A DNA stretch of 64,000 nt from Camelus dromedarius (taxonomy: Eukaryota): assembly GCF_036321535.1 (NCBI RefSeq), contig NC_087438.1:5086001-5150000 (forward strand). The letters run 5' to 3'. Position 1 is the stretch's first letter. Every line of letters starts with the position of its first letter. The notes under the pieces were generated by a model that made no database searches, was not told the origin of the DNA, and was given only the letters and a program-made list of their open reading frames with translations. The position numbers and the translations under genes were made by a program. Positions 37,520-50,039 of the stretch are shown one piece after another.

Positions 37520-38010
37520 TGTATTAGTCAGATTTCTGCTTTGATAATGCTGAATAACAAGCAACCCCAAATCCAAGTGCCTTGGAGCAATAATAGCATA
37601 TCCCCTCCTTCATACTCACTAGTCTGCAGGTTGGATGAATTTGTCTGATCTCTATTAGTCCTACTTAGGCTCAACAGGTAACGTATATTCCAGACTTTGT
37701 GTTGGGTCCAGATCTGCTCCAGGTGTCTTTAATCCAGACCTCATTGAAAGAGATGTATCTTTCTGGACTGTGGCCTCCTCACTGTGGAAGACCAAAACTC
37801 CAAGAGGGCAGGCAGAAATGTGAATTGAGGTCTCCTAAAGCCACAGTTCTGGGCTGCATGCTGTCACATCAGCCACAAACCTGTTACTCAAAGTAAGTTT
37901 CAGAACCAAGTCCAGAGTCAGTGGAGGAGGAATGAATGCCCCATCTGCTGACTTCCATGGCAAGGGCCAGGAGAGAAGAAAGTTGTGGGCAGATATTTTA
38001 TCCCACCACA
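37520..38010 (-). mobile_element. MaLR MLT1-type solo LTR
   Basis: Starts tgtattagtcag...taacaagcaaccccaaatc, ends atcccaccaca (TG...CA termini). Confidence 0.7.
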
Positions 38011-39659
38011 TTTTCTACATGAAGAAACTGTGCCTGAGGAAAGTTCCAGGATGCCTTATCTTCTCATTTTTATCCAGAACAAATCTTTAGAAATCTGAAG
38101 AGTTACCTTGGGAAATGGGAGTATAACGTGAGGACACTGTACTATTTTTTCCAGTCCCGAGGAACACAGTTGAAATGCTTTTTTAACAAAGAGGATGGTG
38201 GCTCATGTTCAGACGTAGTAGTTTGCTAATTACTGGTGGAAAGTTGACAGATATTTAACTAAACAAATCAGACCTGCGGAGAGACCCTGCTCTCTTTCTG
38301 TGAGTATAAGGAGGAAGAGGAGATACAGGAAACAAATGGACAAGTTTGGAAACTGACCTTCATGCCAAGGGATTTCAGTTGTCTTAATAGGGACCTCATA
38401 TTATCCATGATAGCTAACAAAATGCCTTGTATATTGAAGAGTTAAATACTGGTGGATAAATGAATGCATGGATGATGGAGAGAGGAAGATGACACAGAGA
38501 GGTAGATGGATACCCAGGACCAAACAGGGAAACAGGATGGAGAGAAGGGACTAGGGAAAGGAAACCAGGAGACCACATCAGTCATTGCCAGCTTAAAGTG
38601 GGGGGTGAGGGTTTGGACAGACAGAGGACGGGGGAAGATGGGAAGCCGCCTTTGTTCCTAGGATATCAGGTTTTTTCTCTTTACATCCTCCTATTCTCTT
38701 TTTTCAAGCTTTTTAAAATTTATGATATACCTCCCACCTATTTTAAATTTAAAAAGCACAGTGAAAGTTATTGTTTTACCTCTGGGTCCATCATCAATCT
38801 CTCTAACTCTGAATAACATTTTCAGGAAAGCGACCCAGTGATTCATGATTTCATCATTACTCTTTTGGAGCACAGACTTTGCATCAAAGAACATAATATG
38901 TATTCTTTTCCTTAATAATACAACATTTAAAGGAAGGTTTTCATATTCCATAAAGATAGAGTTGATATTCAGGAAATACTCTTGGCCAAAAATATCCTTA
39001 GAAGAAATAGACAGTCTTTCCTATCCTTGAGTCTTTAAGGTGTCCCTGAGTTTTTATCCTGAATTTTGGTCATTAAGGATGTTTTGGAATAGTATAGAGT
39101 TTATTTCCAAGAATTTCTAAGTATATATTTCTTAGGGAGAAAGATGGGGTTCTATGTGAACTGTTCAGAATTGGATGAGAGACACTCAGTGAGAGGTGGC
39201 TTAAATGGACAGGTCAGTTCCTTCTGAAACAAGTGCTTCCATCGGGAAATGGAAGCAGCAGATGGGGCAGTGACCGCAGGGAGGAAAGTGTGGCAAGCGG
39301 CCTAGACGTCACATACTGTCAGTAATTGCTGGTCTGGTCCTTTTTGCTTCATATTTAGTAGAAATAAAGCTGGAAATCAGTCATTTTTTAAATTGGTCTT
39401 AATTTTAAAATCAAATTGGTCTGGAGGCCTCAAGATATAAGATCTAATAACCAAGTCAACGATGAGTAATTATTCTTCCCAGTTCACTGACTTGACTAAC
39501 TCAGTGTCTGTGTAGCGCAGACCTGGGTTAGAACTGTGTGGCAGAGGGGAGTATGTCTCCCTTGTCCCCTGTATCCACCTGGTTGGCCTCCTGGAAACTT
39601 TGGAGTCACTGCTGCCAAAGTGAGAGTGATGCTGAGCACGGAACCCCGCCTTCCAGAGC

Positions 39660-39815
39660 CCATCAGATCCGTGTGGGTCGCAGGCACGTCACCTGGGAAC
39701 AGGTGATGTTAGAATACAAAGTCGGATTCAGTAAACTCTGGGTGGGGCCCAAGAGCACACGTGTCTAACAGGCTCCCAGGTGAGGCTGAGATCAGGTATA
39801 AGCCCCGTACTTGGT
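39660..39815. mobile_element. MER5A-like hAT MITE
   Basis: gtcacctggga...gattcagtaaactctgggtggggcccaagag...ctaacaggctcccaggtgaggctga. Confidence 0.7.
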
Positions 39816-40319
39816 GGGGCGAGGACCTGAGCTTCACAGAGCAAGAGACAGTTCAGGGTTGTTACCGGTCCAGAGCATAACAAGTGCTGAGGGGCTCTGT
39901 ACCTCCCACACCCTGGAGGACAGTCAGCCAGGACAAGTGGCGGACTGGGGAGAAGCGGGAAGACAGTGCGTACACCCAGGCAGGAGTCATCTGACAGTTA
40001 CGGGTGAGCAGACGCACAGAGCACACAGCTGACTCCACCAAGCTGGTTTAGCTTTCATCACTAGCTCTCAAACAGGGTCTTTAACGATGAACGTGTCTCC
40101 CTCTCAGTTATCCTTGTTACTGATGAGAGGTTGAGATGAGCTGGGATGGAAATGAGTGTGGTCCCTCGTGCTGCAGGGGGCGCTGGGAGTTAACGCAAGT
40201 CTGCAGAGCCCAGGTCACACTCGTCAGTTACCCGTCGCCGAGCATGTGCCTCGGGTCCATCAGCTTCCCTGGCTTCCCTGATTGTAACTTCCCTGTGGAA
40301 TCGCACCTGAGTGTTCCGG

Positions 40320-40872
40320 TCCTTACGTCCTTCAGCACGTATTTGTGGAGGCGTTTATGTGGCAGGTACTATACTCAGGTCTGTACAAGGTCCTCGTCCC
40401 CTCGCAGCCTGCGTTGTATGGGGAAAGACAGAAAGTAAAATTTAGAAAAATCTAAAAGCAAACACTCTTAACTCCAATAACGATGTGGAGACTTAAGCAG
40501 GGTGGGGAGCTGCAGGGGGAGCGGGGGCTTAGTGGGGCTCTCTCTGGGAGGTGGTGCTTGAGTTGCAAGGCCTGGATGACAGAAAGACGCCAGCCAAGGA
40601 ACCCAAGCCATTTGGGGCAGCAGAGCAGAAAGTGCAAAGGCCCTGAGGTTGTTGAAGGAAAATCAGGAAGGGCAGTCTGCAGGGACCATGAACCTGGGAT
40701 GAAGGGAACCGGTGAGACACAAGATGGGAGGTGTCCACCAGCAGACCGTGGGGAACCCTTATTGGCATGATGAGGGCTTTGAACTTTTTCTCTGTGTTAC
40801 AGAAAGCCAGTGATGGGATATAAACAGAGGAGGAGTGGTCTGATCGGTTTTAACGTTTTAAAAGATCACTTT
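40320..40872 (-). mobile_element. L2 fragment, antisense
   Basis: ttcagcacgtatttgtggaggcgtttatgtggcaggtac; gcaaaggccctgagg; ttttaaaagatcactttg. Confidence 0.65.
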
Positions 40873-41330
40873 GATTACCACCATGGTATTAGCTGACACC
40901 TCCATCATGTCTCATAATTGAAATTCCTTTTTCTGTGGTGAGAGCCTTTAAGATCTAGTTTCTTAGCAACTTTGAAGACTGTAATACAATGTTGTTAACT
41001 GTAAGCACAGTGTTGTGCTTCAGATCCCCAGGACTACTCATGACTGCACCTTCGGGCCCTTTCACGAACATCTCCCCGTTTCTCCACCCCCAGCTGCCCC
41101 ACCCCCCAGTAACCGCCATTCCACTCTGTTTCTACAAGTTTGCTTTTTTAGGTTCCACATATAAGTAGTATCACATATGTATATGAGTCCTCAGTGTCTT
41201 TCTCTGTGTCAGTTACCTCTCCGCATAATGCCTTCAAGGTCCATCCATGTTGTTAAAAAGGGCGGGATTTCCTTTTTCCTCATGGCTGGATAGTATTCCA
41301 TTATGTAAATGAACGTATATATGAACATAT

Positions 41331-41365
<35 letters not shown>
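40873..41365 (-). mobile_element. L1MA/MB 3'UTR fragment, antisense, ending in (CA)~14 at 41333-41361
   Basis: taagatctagtttcttagcaactttgaag; ataatgccttcaaggtccatccatgttg...tcctcatggctggatagtattccatt. Confidence 0.85.
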
Positions 41366-42354
41366 ATGGGGGAGCTATCAGGCTGGAGACACAGTCCTTT
41401 CCCTTCATTTGTTCTTGTGTGTAAGCCTCTGTCTTTGAACTGGGAAGAGGTGGCTTCTTAACTGAACATAAGAACATGGGAACTGGGGTTTGATGGGATT
41501 TCAGTGGGATAGAGTTTGTGGATTTACCCAAGTCTGCACATGTCCACACATAGTGAGCACATGTCCATATGTGTGTGGACATCTGTGCACACAGAAAGGG
41601 ATAGACGCACAGATATAAACCCTGTCCCCATTGGGAAGACCTGGGCAAGAAGGGAAAGGGGAGAAAGCTAAACTTGGAAAACAGGGCGATCGTAAAGAGA
41701 CACTCAAAGAAGCCTTCACACACGATTGATGGTTTGGCACTGAAAACGGGTGTGACTGAGGACCCCTAATTAAAGGAAAGACGATTTTACACAGTTGTGA
41801 TATTTGCACTAAAAAAGTAACAGTGACTCAGAAGTAATCTTTATGTCAAGTATGATCAAGGAATAAGATAAAAAATACTAATCTAGGTGAAAAGGTAAAT
41901 GTTTCGTTTGCATATCTTTTTTTTTTTTTAGTTAAAGCACATTTTTGGCTAAATAGCTTTATAGTTATGTTTTCAAAAAGTTTTCTTAAATGTCCCTCAT
42001 TGGAAATCATATAAATATTCTCAAATCATCAATTCTTTGGGATGGAGATAACATTCAAAGAGGAAATTTTCATTTTGAATTTAGAACTTACCTTTCCAAG
42101 TTGCTCAATTAGATCAATCTATTCAAGACTTCTGTCTTTTCTTTGGGCAAGTTTTACTAAAATTTGGCATTGCTAGTTGTATGCTAAAACAATAAGATGT
42201 TTTTTCCTAGGGCTGAAGGGCTCCTGGGGGAAGGCTGGAGGTGCCCTGGGAACAGGGGCCATTTCCTGTTTGATCGAGTGTCTGCTGTTTCCTGCCACAG
42301 GCATCTGAGAAATGTCTGTTCATTTAAGTCTTTGAATGTGACTGATCGGTAGAG

Positions 42355-43000
42355 AAATAATCATTCCAAATTCAATAAGGCTGTAGTGAATGGCAGGGCC
42401 GATTGAATCAAGGAAGAGGGTGAAATATTTTTAGAGATGCATTTAGTGAGTAGATGGTGATAATGTGGACATAGTCTGGGTCGTGTTGGCATGTGTTGTA
42501 GAGTCTTCCATGCAGACAACACGTTTGCGGAGCTCCGTGCGTCAGCCATCGGGACGCAAGGCGTTGGGGTCTTGGCTGTGAGTGAAACAAGTTCCTGCCC
42601 TCATGATGTCATTAAGCTTCACTGTGTGGAGGGAGAAAATGATCAAACCCAGAACTGTAAATGCTATGAATAAATAAAGCAAGTGACAAGGACTAGGGCG
42701 TGGTGGAGGGTTGCTGTTTTGTGTGGAGGTGGTCCTTGCAGGCTGGTGGGTGAGGTGATACTTGATCAGAGACCCGAGTGGACAGAGGGAGCACCTCTCG
42801 CAGGCCCTGGAAGCGGCCGGGAGGCTGCAGAGGCTGGACCACAGCAAGGGAAGGAATGAGCTGGCAGAGTGGAGGGCAGGGCGGCCACAGGAGGCCACAT
42901 CCTTAGGACTGGTGGGACGTTACCAGGTCTGGAGAGCTTACTCTGAGTGAGACAGACGAGAAGCAGCTGGAGATTGTTGGGGAAATGATAAGAATTTGTA
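42355..43000 (-). mobile_element. L2 fragments, antisense
   Basis: gtgaaacaagttcctgccctcatgatgtc; ctcgcaggccctggaagc...ggagagcttactctgagtgaga. Confidence 0.5.
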
Positions 43001-43624
43001 CTTGAACTGGGTCTAGAAAGAGGTAAGATTTCAACAGTTCAAGAAGAGGAGAGAGGACATTCTGAGGTTGGGGAATGGCAGACTGAGGTGAGCACCCCAT
43101 GCTCACAGCCTGGGAATGACCGTGGTTGGCTGGAGCAGAGGATGCTTCCAGAGTGGGGCCAGAAGGAGAGAATGGAGAGGTCAGTTTCGGGACAATCTGG
43201 ACCTCCAGGCTGTGTGGTTTCCACTTACTCTGTGATCACAAAAACCCTTCGAGAGAAATGTTCGGAGCACTGGGGTAAGCCAGAAGAAATTTTCATCCAA
43301 GGGAAAAAGCTAATTAGACCTTTGCATTCAGAATCACAAATCCAGCAGTTGTATGTTGGCTTAATTGAAGGACGGACAATGCTGGAGAAGAGGAGGTCAG
43401 TGAGGGTGTCACTGCAGAGGTTCCTATCCTGCATAGTAAGGACATTCTGGAGTCGGGTGGTGCCCCCACTCCTGTGAGATATTTTGCAACTGATAAAAAG
43501 TAAATAATATATTCCCATCTGTGGACTTGGAAAGATGCCCATGGTGTATATATAGTTCAATGATAAAAGCAAATTACAGAGGAATGCATATGAAAGCATC
43601 CTGTTGAAACCATCAGTAAAACCT

Positions 43625-43666
43625 TGCATGTGCGAGTGGGTGTGCATGTGCATGTGCATGTGCATG
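43625..43666 (+). repeat. (TGCATG)4 tandem array plus one upstream copy
   Basis: TGCATG at 43625, 43643, 43649, 43655 and 43661. Confidence 0.92.
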
Positions 43667-43669
43667 TTT

Positions 43670-44040
43670 GTCTGAGCTTGGTATCAGTTGGGACCATCCA
43701 GGCTGTGCTCAGGGGACCCAGGTCTTTACCACCATGGAGGCTCACTCACATGATCACAGGTCCATGTGGATCAGCCAAAGGGCTCTGCATCTTGCTTGGG
43801 ACCAAGGCTGGGAGCAGCTCCAATGTCATGTTTCCATGATTGACAGGGAGGGAAGGGGGCTTGGCAAATTATGCACTAGGTTTTAAAGTTTCCACCTAGA
43901 AAGGACACATACCACTTCTGCTCACATTAGAGCAAGTCACATGCCCTCACCTAACTTAAAAGAAAGTTCTCAGTGAATTTGCACCATGTGCTCGGAAGGA
44001 AGAAAGCTAGAGCTGTTTGGTGAGGAGTCCTAACGATTGC
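43670..44040 (-). mobile_element. Old MLT1-type LTR fragment
   Basis: aggggacccaggtctttaccacc; accacttctgctcacattagagcaagtcacatgccctcacctaactt. Confidence 0.55.
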
Positions 44041-44049
44041 CCGGAGCAT

Positions 44050-44125
44050 GGAGGACAGGGGAGGATGGGGGAGGACAGGGGAGGACGGGAGAGGATGGGC
44101 AAGGACGGGCAAATGGGAGGAAGGA
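44050..44125 (+). repeat. G/A-rich ~10-bp tandem repeat (ggaggaYRgg)
   Basis: ggaggacaggggaggatgggggaggacaggggaggacgggagaggatgggcaaggacgggc. Confidence 0.8.
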
Positions 44126-45509
44126 TGCTCGCCGTGGTGTCCTTGTTATGGGGGAAGAAGGAGGGGGAGAAAGTGTAGAGACACATTTCTTACCAAATGA
44201 GAAGGAAATAATAAACCTTCCCAGTGGCCATGAAGGTGGAGAGGAGGGGACAGATGTAGGACGCTGGAGTTCTGAAGCCAGAAGACTTTTTTCTTTGAGT
44301 GTGTCTGTGAAGAATTGTCAAAAGGGACTCTCAAATGTTTGTGCCTGGGTTGTTTGGAGAGCGAGGCATTGTAGGCAGAACTGAGTTATCCTGCAAAAGG
44401 AGCAAGTTTAAGAACATAAAGGAGAAGCTCTTAGTCCGTTTGAAAACTGTGGAGCTTGAAAGTCAAGTAGACCTTCAAGGGGAAGATACGAACATCTTGC
44501 AAAAAGCGGATGCCGGGCCGGAGTTGAGAGAAACACTTGCCACCGTCCTGCGGGGACGAGCGCCCCCGCTTCAGACCCGCTGCTCGTCCGGCTCTCTGTG
44601 CAGGGTCTCGGAACCAGACCAGTGCTCCTCTCTCTTCAGCCCCTGGTCAGAGACACAGCCAAGGGGCATCCAGTTGTGGAAATGTCCCCATGGAATCATG
44701 GAAACCCAAGTACCTACAATCAACGTTTTGGAGCTTTTTACCCACACATTTCTTTTAGATGTGCCAAATCCATTTGGGTTTGACATAGGGCCCTACTTGA
44801 AGCTGCTTTGGAAAGCAGGCTAAAAAGAAATAGAGCCTTCCGGGATTAATAAAAAGTGAAGACTGTCCCCTGTGGGACTTGAAGCTGCATCAGCCTCCTT
44901 CCTCTCCACCCAGCTTGCCTACAGCTGCCCAGATGCCAGGCGCTGAGCATCCGAAACAGTTGCTCCTGAAATGCTGCCACTAAAATCCAGACCTTGATTG
45001 AATACGGCTTGCTTAACTGACCTTTAACAATTTCATTTTTGTCATTGAAAAGGAAATACTCGACAGGAGCAACTGTTCTTCTCCGTTTGGTTACTGTAGA
45101 TAAGCGTTCCACGTGCGTCCATTTCAAAGCTCAAAATGTTTACAGAGTGTTTATTAATTGAAGTCATGTTAGAGATTTAAAGCTGTCCAAAATTGAGCTG
45201 TTCAAAAGTTTTGGTAATTTCAAAGAAATGCTAAAGGTTTTTGAGTTAGAAGAAAAACAAGTCGTTGTAAAAGAGGTTTTCTTTTGTAGTTGATGTCAGT
45301 TCTGATACCTGAAAATATTCATTTAACACCTCTTGTAGGCTGTGAAGGTCTGGCATAGAGTCTGTGTGTAGAAATAATACCTTAATTGAAAATATTTCCT
45401 ATAAAGTCGCTGGATATTAGGGATTCTGAAGTAAATTTAATTTGCTCAGTAAGCCGTGACTACACGACAGTTGTTTTCCACATTCTGAGAAGAAACTTTT
45501 CCTGTAGCT

Positions 45510-45698
45510 CAGTGGCTCTTGAGCGAGGTGACATTACTCCCTGGAAGGTGTTTGGTGATGCCTGGAGATGTGTTTAGTTGTCACAACCTTGAAGGGGTGA
45601 TGCTGCCGGCACCGAGGAGGTACAGGCCAGGAATGCTGCAAACCATCCTGCAATGCACAGTGTCCACCGCAAAGAATTATCCAAGCTGAGGAACTCTG
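45510..45698. mobile_element. MER20-like hAT-Charlie MITE
   Basis: cagtggctct...tggagatgtgtttagttgtcacaac...aggccaggaatgctgcaaaccatcctgcaatgcacag...aaagaattatcc...tgaggaactctg. Confidence 0.8.
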
Positions 45699-46199
45699 CT
45701 TAAGAGAATCTGTCCGGTTACTTTTTGATTGTAACACGCAGTGCAGGTGCCTGTGACTTTGCAGGAGGGAAACAAGGCTGGCGTCCACCCAGGCGTCCGT
45801 CTCTGTGAATCCGCCAGGGCAGAGCCTTTTGCCCACGTCTTTCCCGTGGACTCACGCCCTGACTCCAGCAGGACAGCTGATGCCAGGTCTCTGTCTCCTG
45901 CCCGCTGTGCTGGGCTTCAGGACTCTTTCACATCACAGAAGTCACGCTGTCAAAGTGGAATAAGCTCTCTCCTTAGCCTCACTTATTTTTGGAGTGAAGA
46001 GCTGTGTGGCAGAGTTCACCAAATGCCTTGTTCCCTATTTCCCTGACCTCGGTCTTTTTTCCACTTGATTTATCACTTTTTTTTTATCCCTTTTGAAGTT
46101 CTCCTGCCTCTGCTTCTGTTGTAATGAAAATGGCCTGTTTTATTACCTACTAAGCCATTTTCTTTTCCATTCCAAACCTTCCTCTAAGCTGTTTCGCAT

Positions 46200-46827
46200 T
46201 GATTTTTTTTTATTGAGGTGATGTTGACATAACATAAATTAACCACTTTAAAGGGAAGACTTCAGTGGCTTTTAGTACATTCACATTGTTGTGCAGCGTG
46301 CAGTTCCAGCTAGTTCCAAAACATTTTAATCACCCCAAAGAAAACTCCTTTCCTGTTGAGCAGTTACTTCCATTCTTCCTTGCCCCAGCCCCTAAAACCC
46401 ATCAGTCTGCTTTCTGTCTCTGTAAATTTACTCATTCTGGATGTTTCATACAAATGGAATTACACAATATGGGGTCTTTTGCTCTAGCATTGCTCACTTA
46501 GCATTATTTTTTGGAAGTTCATCCACACGGTAGTAGCATGTATCTGTACTTCCTGCCTTTTCAGGGCTGAATAGTATTCCATTGTATGGATCTACCACAT
46601 GCTATTCATGTATCCATTCATCCCTTGATGGACATGTGTGTTATTTACACCTTTTGAATATTGTAACTAGTGCTGTAGGAACATGTGTGTGCATGTATTT
46701 GTTTGAGTACTTGTTTTCAGTTTTCTAGGGTGTGTATTTAGGAATGAAAGAGCTGAGTCATGCTAATTGGTAGTTGTATATTTAACCTTTAGGAAACTGT
46801 CAAACTGTTTTCATGGTAGGAGACTCA
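46200..46827 (-). mobile_element. 5'-truncated L1MB-like 3' end, antisense
   Basis: Poly-T then attgaggtg...cagtggcttttagtacattcacattgttgtgcagc. Exact 14-bp TSD cctctaagctgttt at 46181-46194 and 46828-46841. Confidence 0.9.
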
Positions 46828-47267
46828 CCTCTAAGCTGTTTTTTGCATCTACTTCCACTAACTTCCCACAGACAACAGCCATCCATTCTCCCGGAACAGT
46901 ATGACAGAAAATGTAAAGAGTCCAGATATGTGTTCTGAAGCACAGATACGAAACCCTGAGAGTTTAGGACCAGCTTTGTATCCCTGCCCTTGAACTACTC
47001 AGATTAACCTAATATCTGCAATTGTTTGGATACCAAAACTGGAAGTCCCTTGATTTTGAAAAAGAACCTTTTTTCCTTCCATCACATGGTTAGTCTTTTA
47101 TTGTAATCCGGTGGATTAGTTTGAACACGCCTTCTTGTTCTGTCACGATATTGTCTCTTAAGTGGGTGTGGTTCCTGGGGGTTTACGCAGCCTTTCATGG
47201 GAAGGAGAGAGGAAGCACTTGGAGACAGGACTCTCTGACTCTCACTGTCCTTCTTGCCCACTTCTAG

Positions 47268-47429
47268 GTGTCATTCTTCCTCTTTATCATCTTCGTGGTG
47301 TACACCATGCTGCCCTTCAACATGCGAGATGCCATCATTGCCAGCGTCCTCACCTCCTCTTCCCACACCATCGTGCTGAGCGTCTGCCTGTCTGCAGCAC
47401 CGGGGGCCAAGGAGCACCTAGTCTGGCAG
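47268..47429 (+). CDS. ADCY2: Internal coding exon (probably exon 3) of adenylate cyclase type 2; 54 codons in the first transmembrane cluster
   Basis: Translation VSFFLFIIFVVYTMLPFNMRDAIIASVLTSSSHTIVLSVCLSAAPGAKEHLVWQ matches my recollection of mammalian ADCY2. Pyrimidine tract (ctctctgactctcactgtccttcttgcccacttct) with AG at 47266-47267; donor CAG|GTGAGA at 47430; 162 nt, phase 0 at both ends. Confidence 0.95.
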
Positions 47430-50039
47430 GTGAGAGCACCTCTGCCTCTGCACGCTGACCTTCCCTATCCCTTCAGGGAGGGGGGTGCCTTGCACCTGCT
47501 CAGGGTGTGACTGTTGGCTGGTACCTGGCTGGAGCTCCAGGTCTGCTCTGTGATGTTGACTCTGCGTTTTGCTGATGGGTAGGCAGCCAACTCCCTCCTC
47601 CACCACCAGAAGTCACTTAGCAATTAGCAGCAGTGAAAATTGGAAATGGCAATTCCATTTTGCTGATTGATGGTTAAAAGCTGTTATTATACATTATAAT
47701 TTAGCACTCTTTATTTTTAGAGTGAAATAACTTACACAGTTAAATTCATAATCCCCCCTCAAGCTCTCTGTACCTTGATATCCAAAACCCCATTTTTACA
47801 GAGGACAAAAGATTTCTCTATTTCTTAATCTTCCGGCAGGTCCCAGGACACAAAAGCATAATTCTTTAAATGCTGCAACAGCAAATTTAGTTTTACTAAT
47901 ACATGGCATTTCAACGAGACCATTCTATTTAGTTAGTTAAAAGCATTTAAAAAGCCATTTTATTTCCTATTAGGTACATCTGTAAACAGGAAGGTCAGTG
48001 GTTTGGGCTTTTTCTTAAAACTCTTTTTTTTAACCTGTAAAAAGTATATTTTGTTTTGCTGTACTGGAACCAAATGAAACAAACGCGGCCGTGTGTAAAA
48101 TGCAGTGGGGTTGAGGAGAGAGTTATCAACAGCACTGTTGTTGCAAAGGGGCTTTTAGACGTGGGTTGTTTGAGCCCCGTGGGGTCTGACAAACCCATGT
48201 GTCACTCGCTTGGTGGAGTGCTGTGTCTGGGAACTTGAGACGGTGTTGGAGGCTCAGCCTTGGGTCTGCAGTAACCGCTCGTAGCTGGAATGCTTTCTAG
48301 GGACCCCTTTCCTAGGTAGCCCTGTCCCAGCTCTCATGACACAGTGTTCATTGAGAGCAGCCTGAAAGACACGTCCTTTGCGGGCACTGAGAGAGGGTAA
48401 AGGCAGTGGCCCAGTTTGGCACGGTGGCCTCCAGTTATTTGGACATTACTAAGAAACGTCCCCTCCAGGAGGTGGAGAAAACCGTGTCTTCACACGTTCC
48501 CTGTGACTGAGCAGAATAGACACGTCAGTAGCGTGGCCAGAGACACACACGGCGTCCGGTCAGTCACTAATCAAATGGGAGAAAGAAGGTGGGTATTTTA
48601 TTAAAAGAGGAAACAACTCCGCTGCGCCTGGGAAGCGGTGGCAGAAGTGTTCCTTCTTCCACGCGCTCTGCCCAGCTCTGACTCGCCGTTTCTGCGTTTC
48701 GGAGCCTCCCTTGGGGATATTTAGGACATTTCTCCTTTCTCCCATCACGTCCACGCTCCACCCTCCCTTCAGTGGGGCCGTCAAGCCCAACCTTAGCTGG
48801 TCACGTGCAGGTCAGGGCGATGGGTATGTTTTATGCAGGAATGAGCACATAACTTGCTCCGACAGTTTACACTATGAAAGTCACTGCAGGAAAGATCTCG
48901 TCACACAGGCAACGGGCACTCAAACTTTTTCCCCAGCTTGCAGCATCTTCCTGGTTTTGGGTTACCCCAGAACACATCCCTTGAATATTTTGTAGCCATT
49001 TCTTCTGCTGTTTCATGAATCAATAGAGTGTCTGCTGGTGCGATGTGATAGAAGAGACATCTGGGAAATGAGGGTTAGGATACCTGCCTGTAGGGCTCAA
49101 ACGGGGTTAAAAGACATAGGAAAAAGTAAGTGATTTGTAAAGAACCTGTCGTATTTTAGATATCAAGAACTGTACTGGTTTTTTTTTTTTTTAAGCACTG
49201 TTATTTTCTTGCTTTGGTTAAAAGAAAAAAAGAAATGTGGAAAGAATGTAATCTTAAATTTTTATTCACTCAATTTCCAAAACCAACAAAGAAAAATACT
49301 CCTTATCAGTAGACAGGCAGAGATAGGATAATTCTGGAGTAGCAAAAAGAATTAAAAATTCTTCATTCCATAGTGTTTCATATAAAAATAACATTGAAAG
49401 GAACAGAAGAATGTAAGGTCAAGGTTTCCATCCCTTCAGAAATAATTTCACAGTGATTTCCAGAGCTGGGAAAGGCAAAATCTGCCAACAGATTTAAAAT
49501 GGAAGGTTCATAGGTAAACATCAAAGTAATGAGGTAAGAGAGCTTTTAAGTACCTTGGCCACTGCTGGAAATATGACCTAAAAATAACAGTGGTTTGTGA
49601 TGCATGAAAACATGTTACTGAATTCTTTTTATGAACAGTGTATATAAGACAGAAGGTTAGGTGGTAATATCGCTGTGGTGTCATCGTTAAAGCAAAGCTA
49701 TTTAAAATGAAGAATACTGGTCTGAAATAAAGAATGAGATGTCCGCCACTAGTACCGCCCTGCCTTCTGAGACCCCAGGGAGTGCTTTTTACTTCACGTG
49801 GATCTGGAGTAGTAATTTTTTGTTTCATTTTATTCTTTGAACATTGACAATCCATTAACAGTGTGTAGTAACTTCTCTGTTCACAAGAATATTGACTTAA
49901 TGAGAACCCTTATTCCCCTTCTGTCTTGTGTCTCAGTTCATTGTTCTCAGGAAATTGATTTCATCTGCATTTGTCTTCAAGTAGAATTCATTCTCCAGCT
50001 ATGATAAATAATCTACTCGAGGAAATTTACTTAATACCT

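Larger units (their letters stand above)
1..47267 (+). other. ADCY2: Intron upstream of the ADCY2 exon (3' part of a long intron that begins before the window)
   Basis: No other adenylate cyclase peptide in the ORF track or by eye; repeat-rich; ends in a canonical 3' splice site at 47267. Confidence 0.85.

Noticed and set aside
44335..44823. 162-aa ATG-initiated ORF
   Set aside because: No recognisable homology, promoter or splice context; cannot be supported without a BLAST hit or ribosome-profiling data.
47268..47510. 80-aa ORF from the track as a standalone gene
   Set aside because: Starts at the GTG right after a splice acceptor and runs through the donor at 47430; only 47268-47429 is exon.
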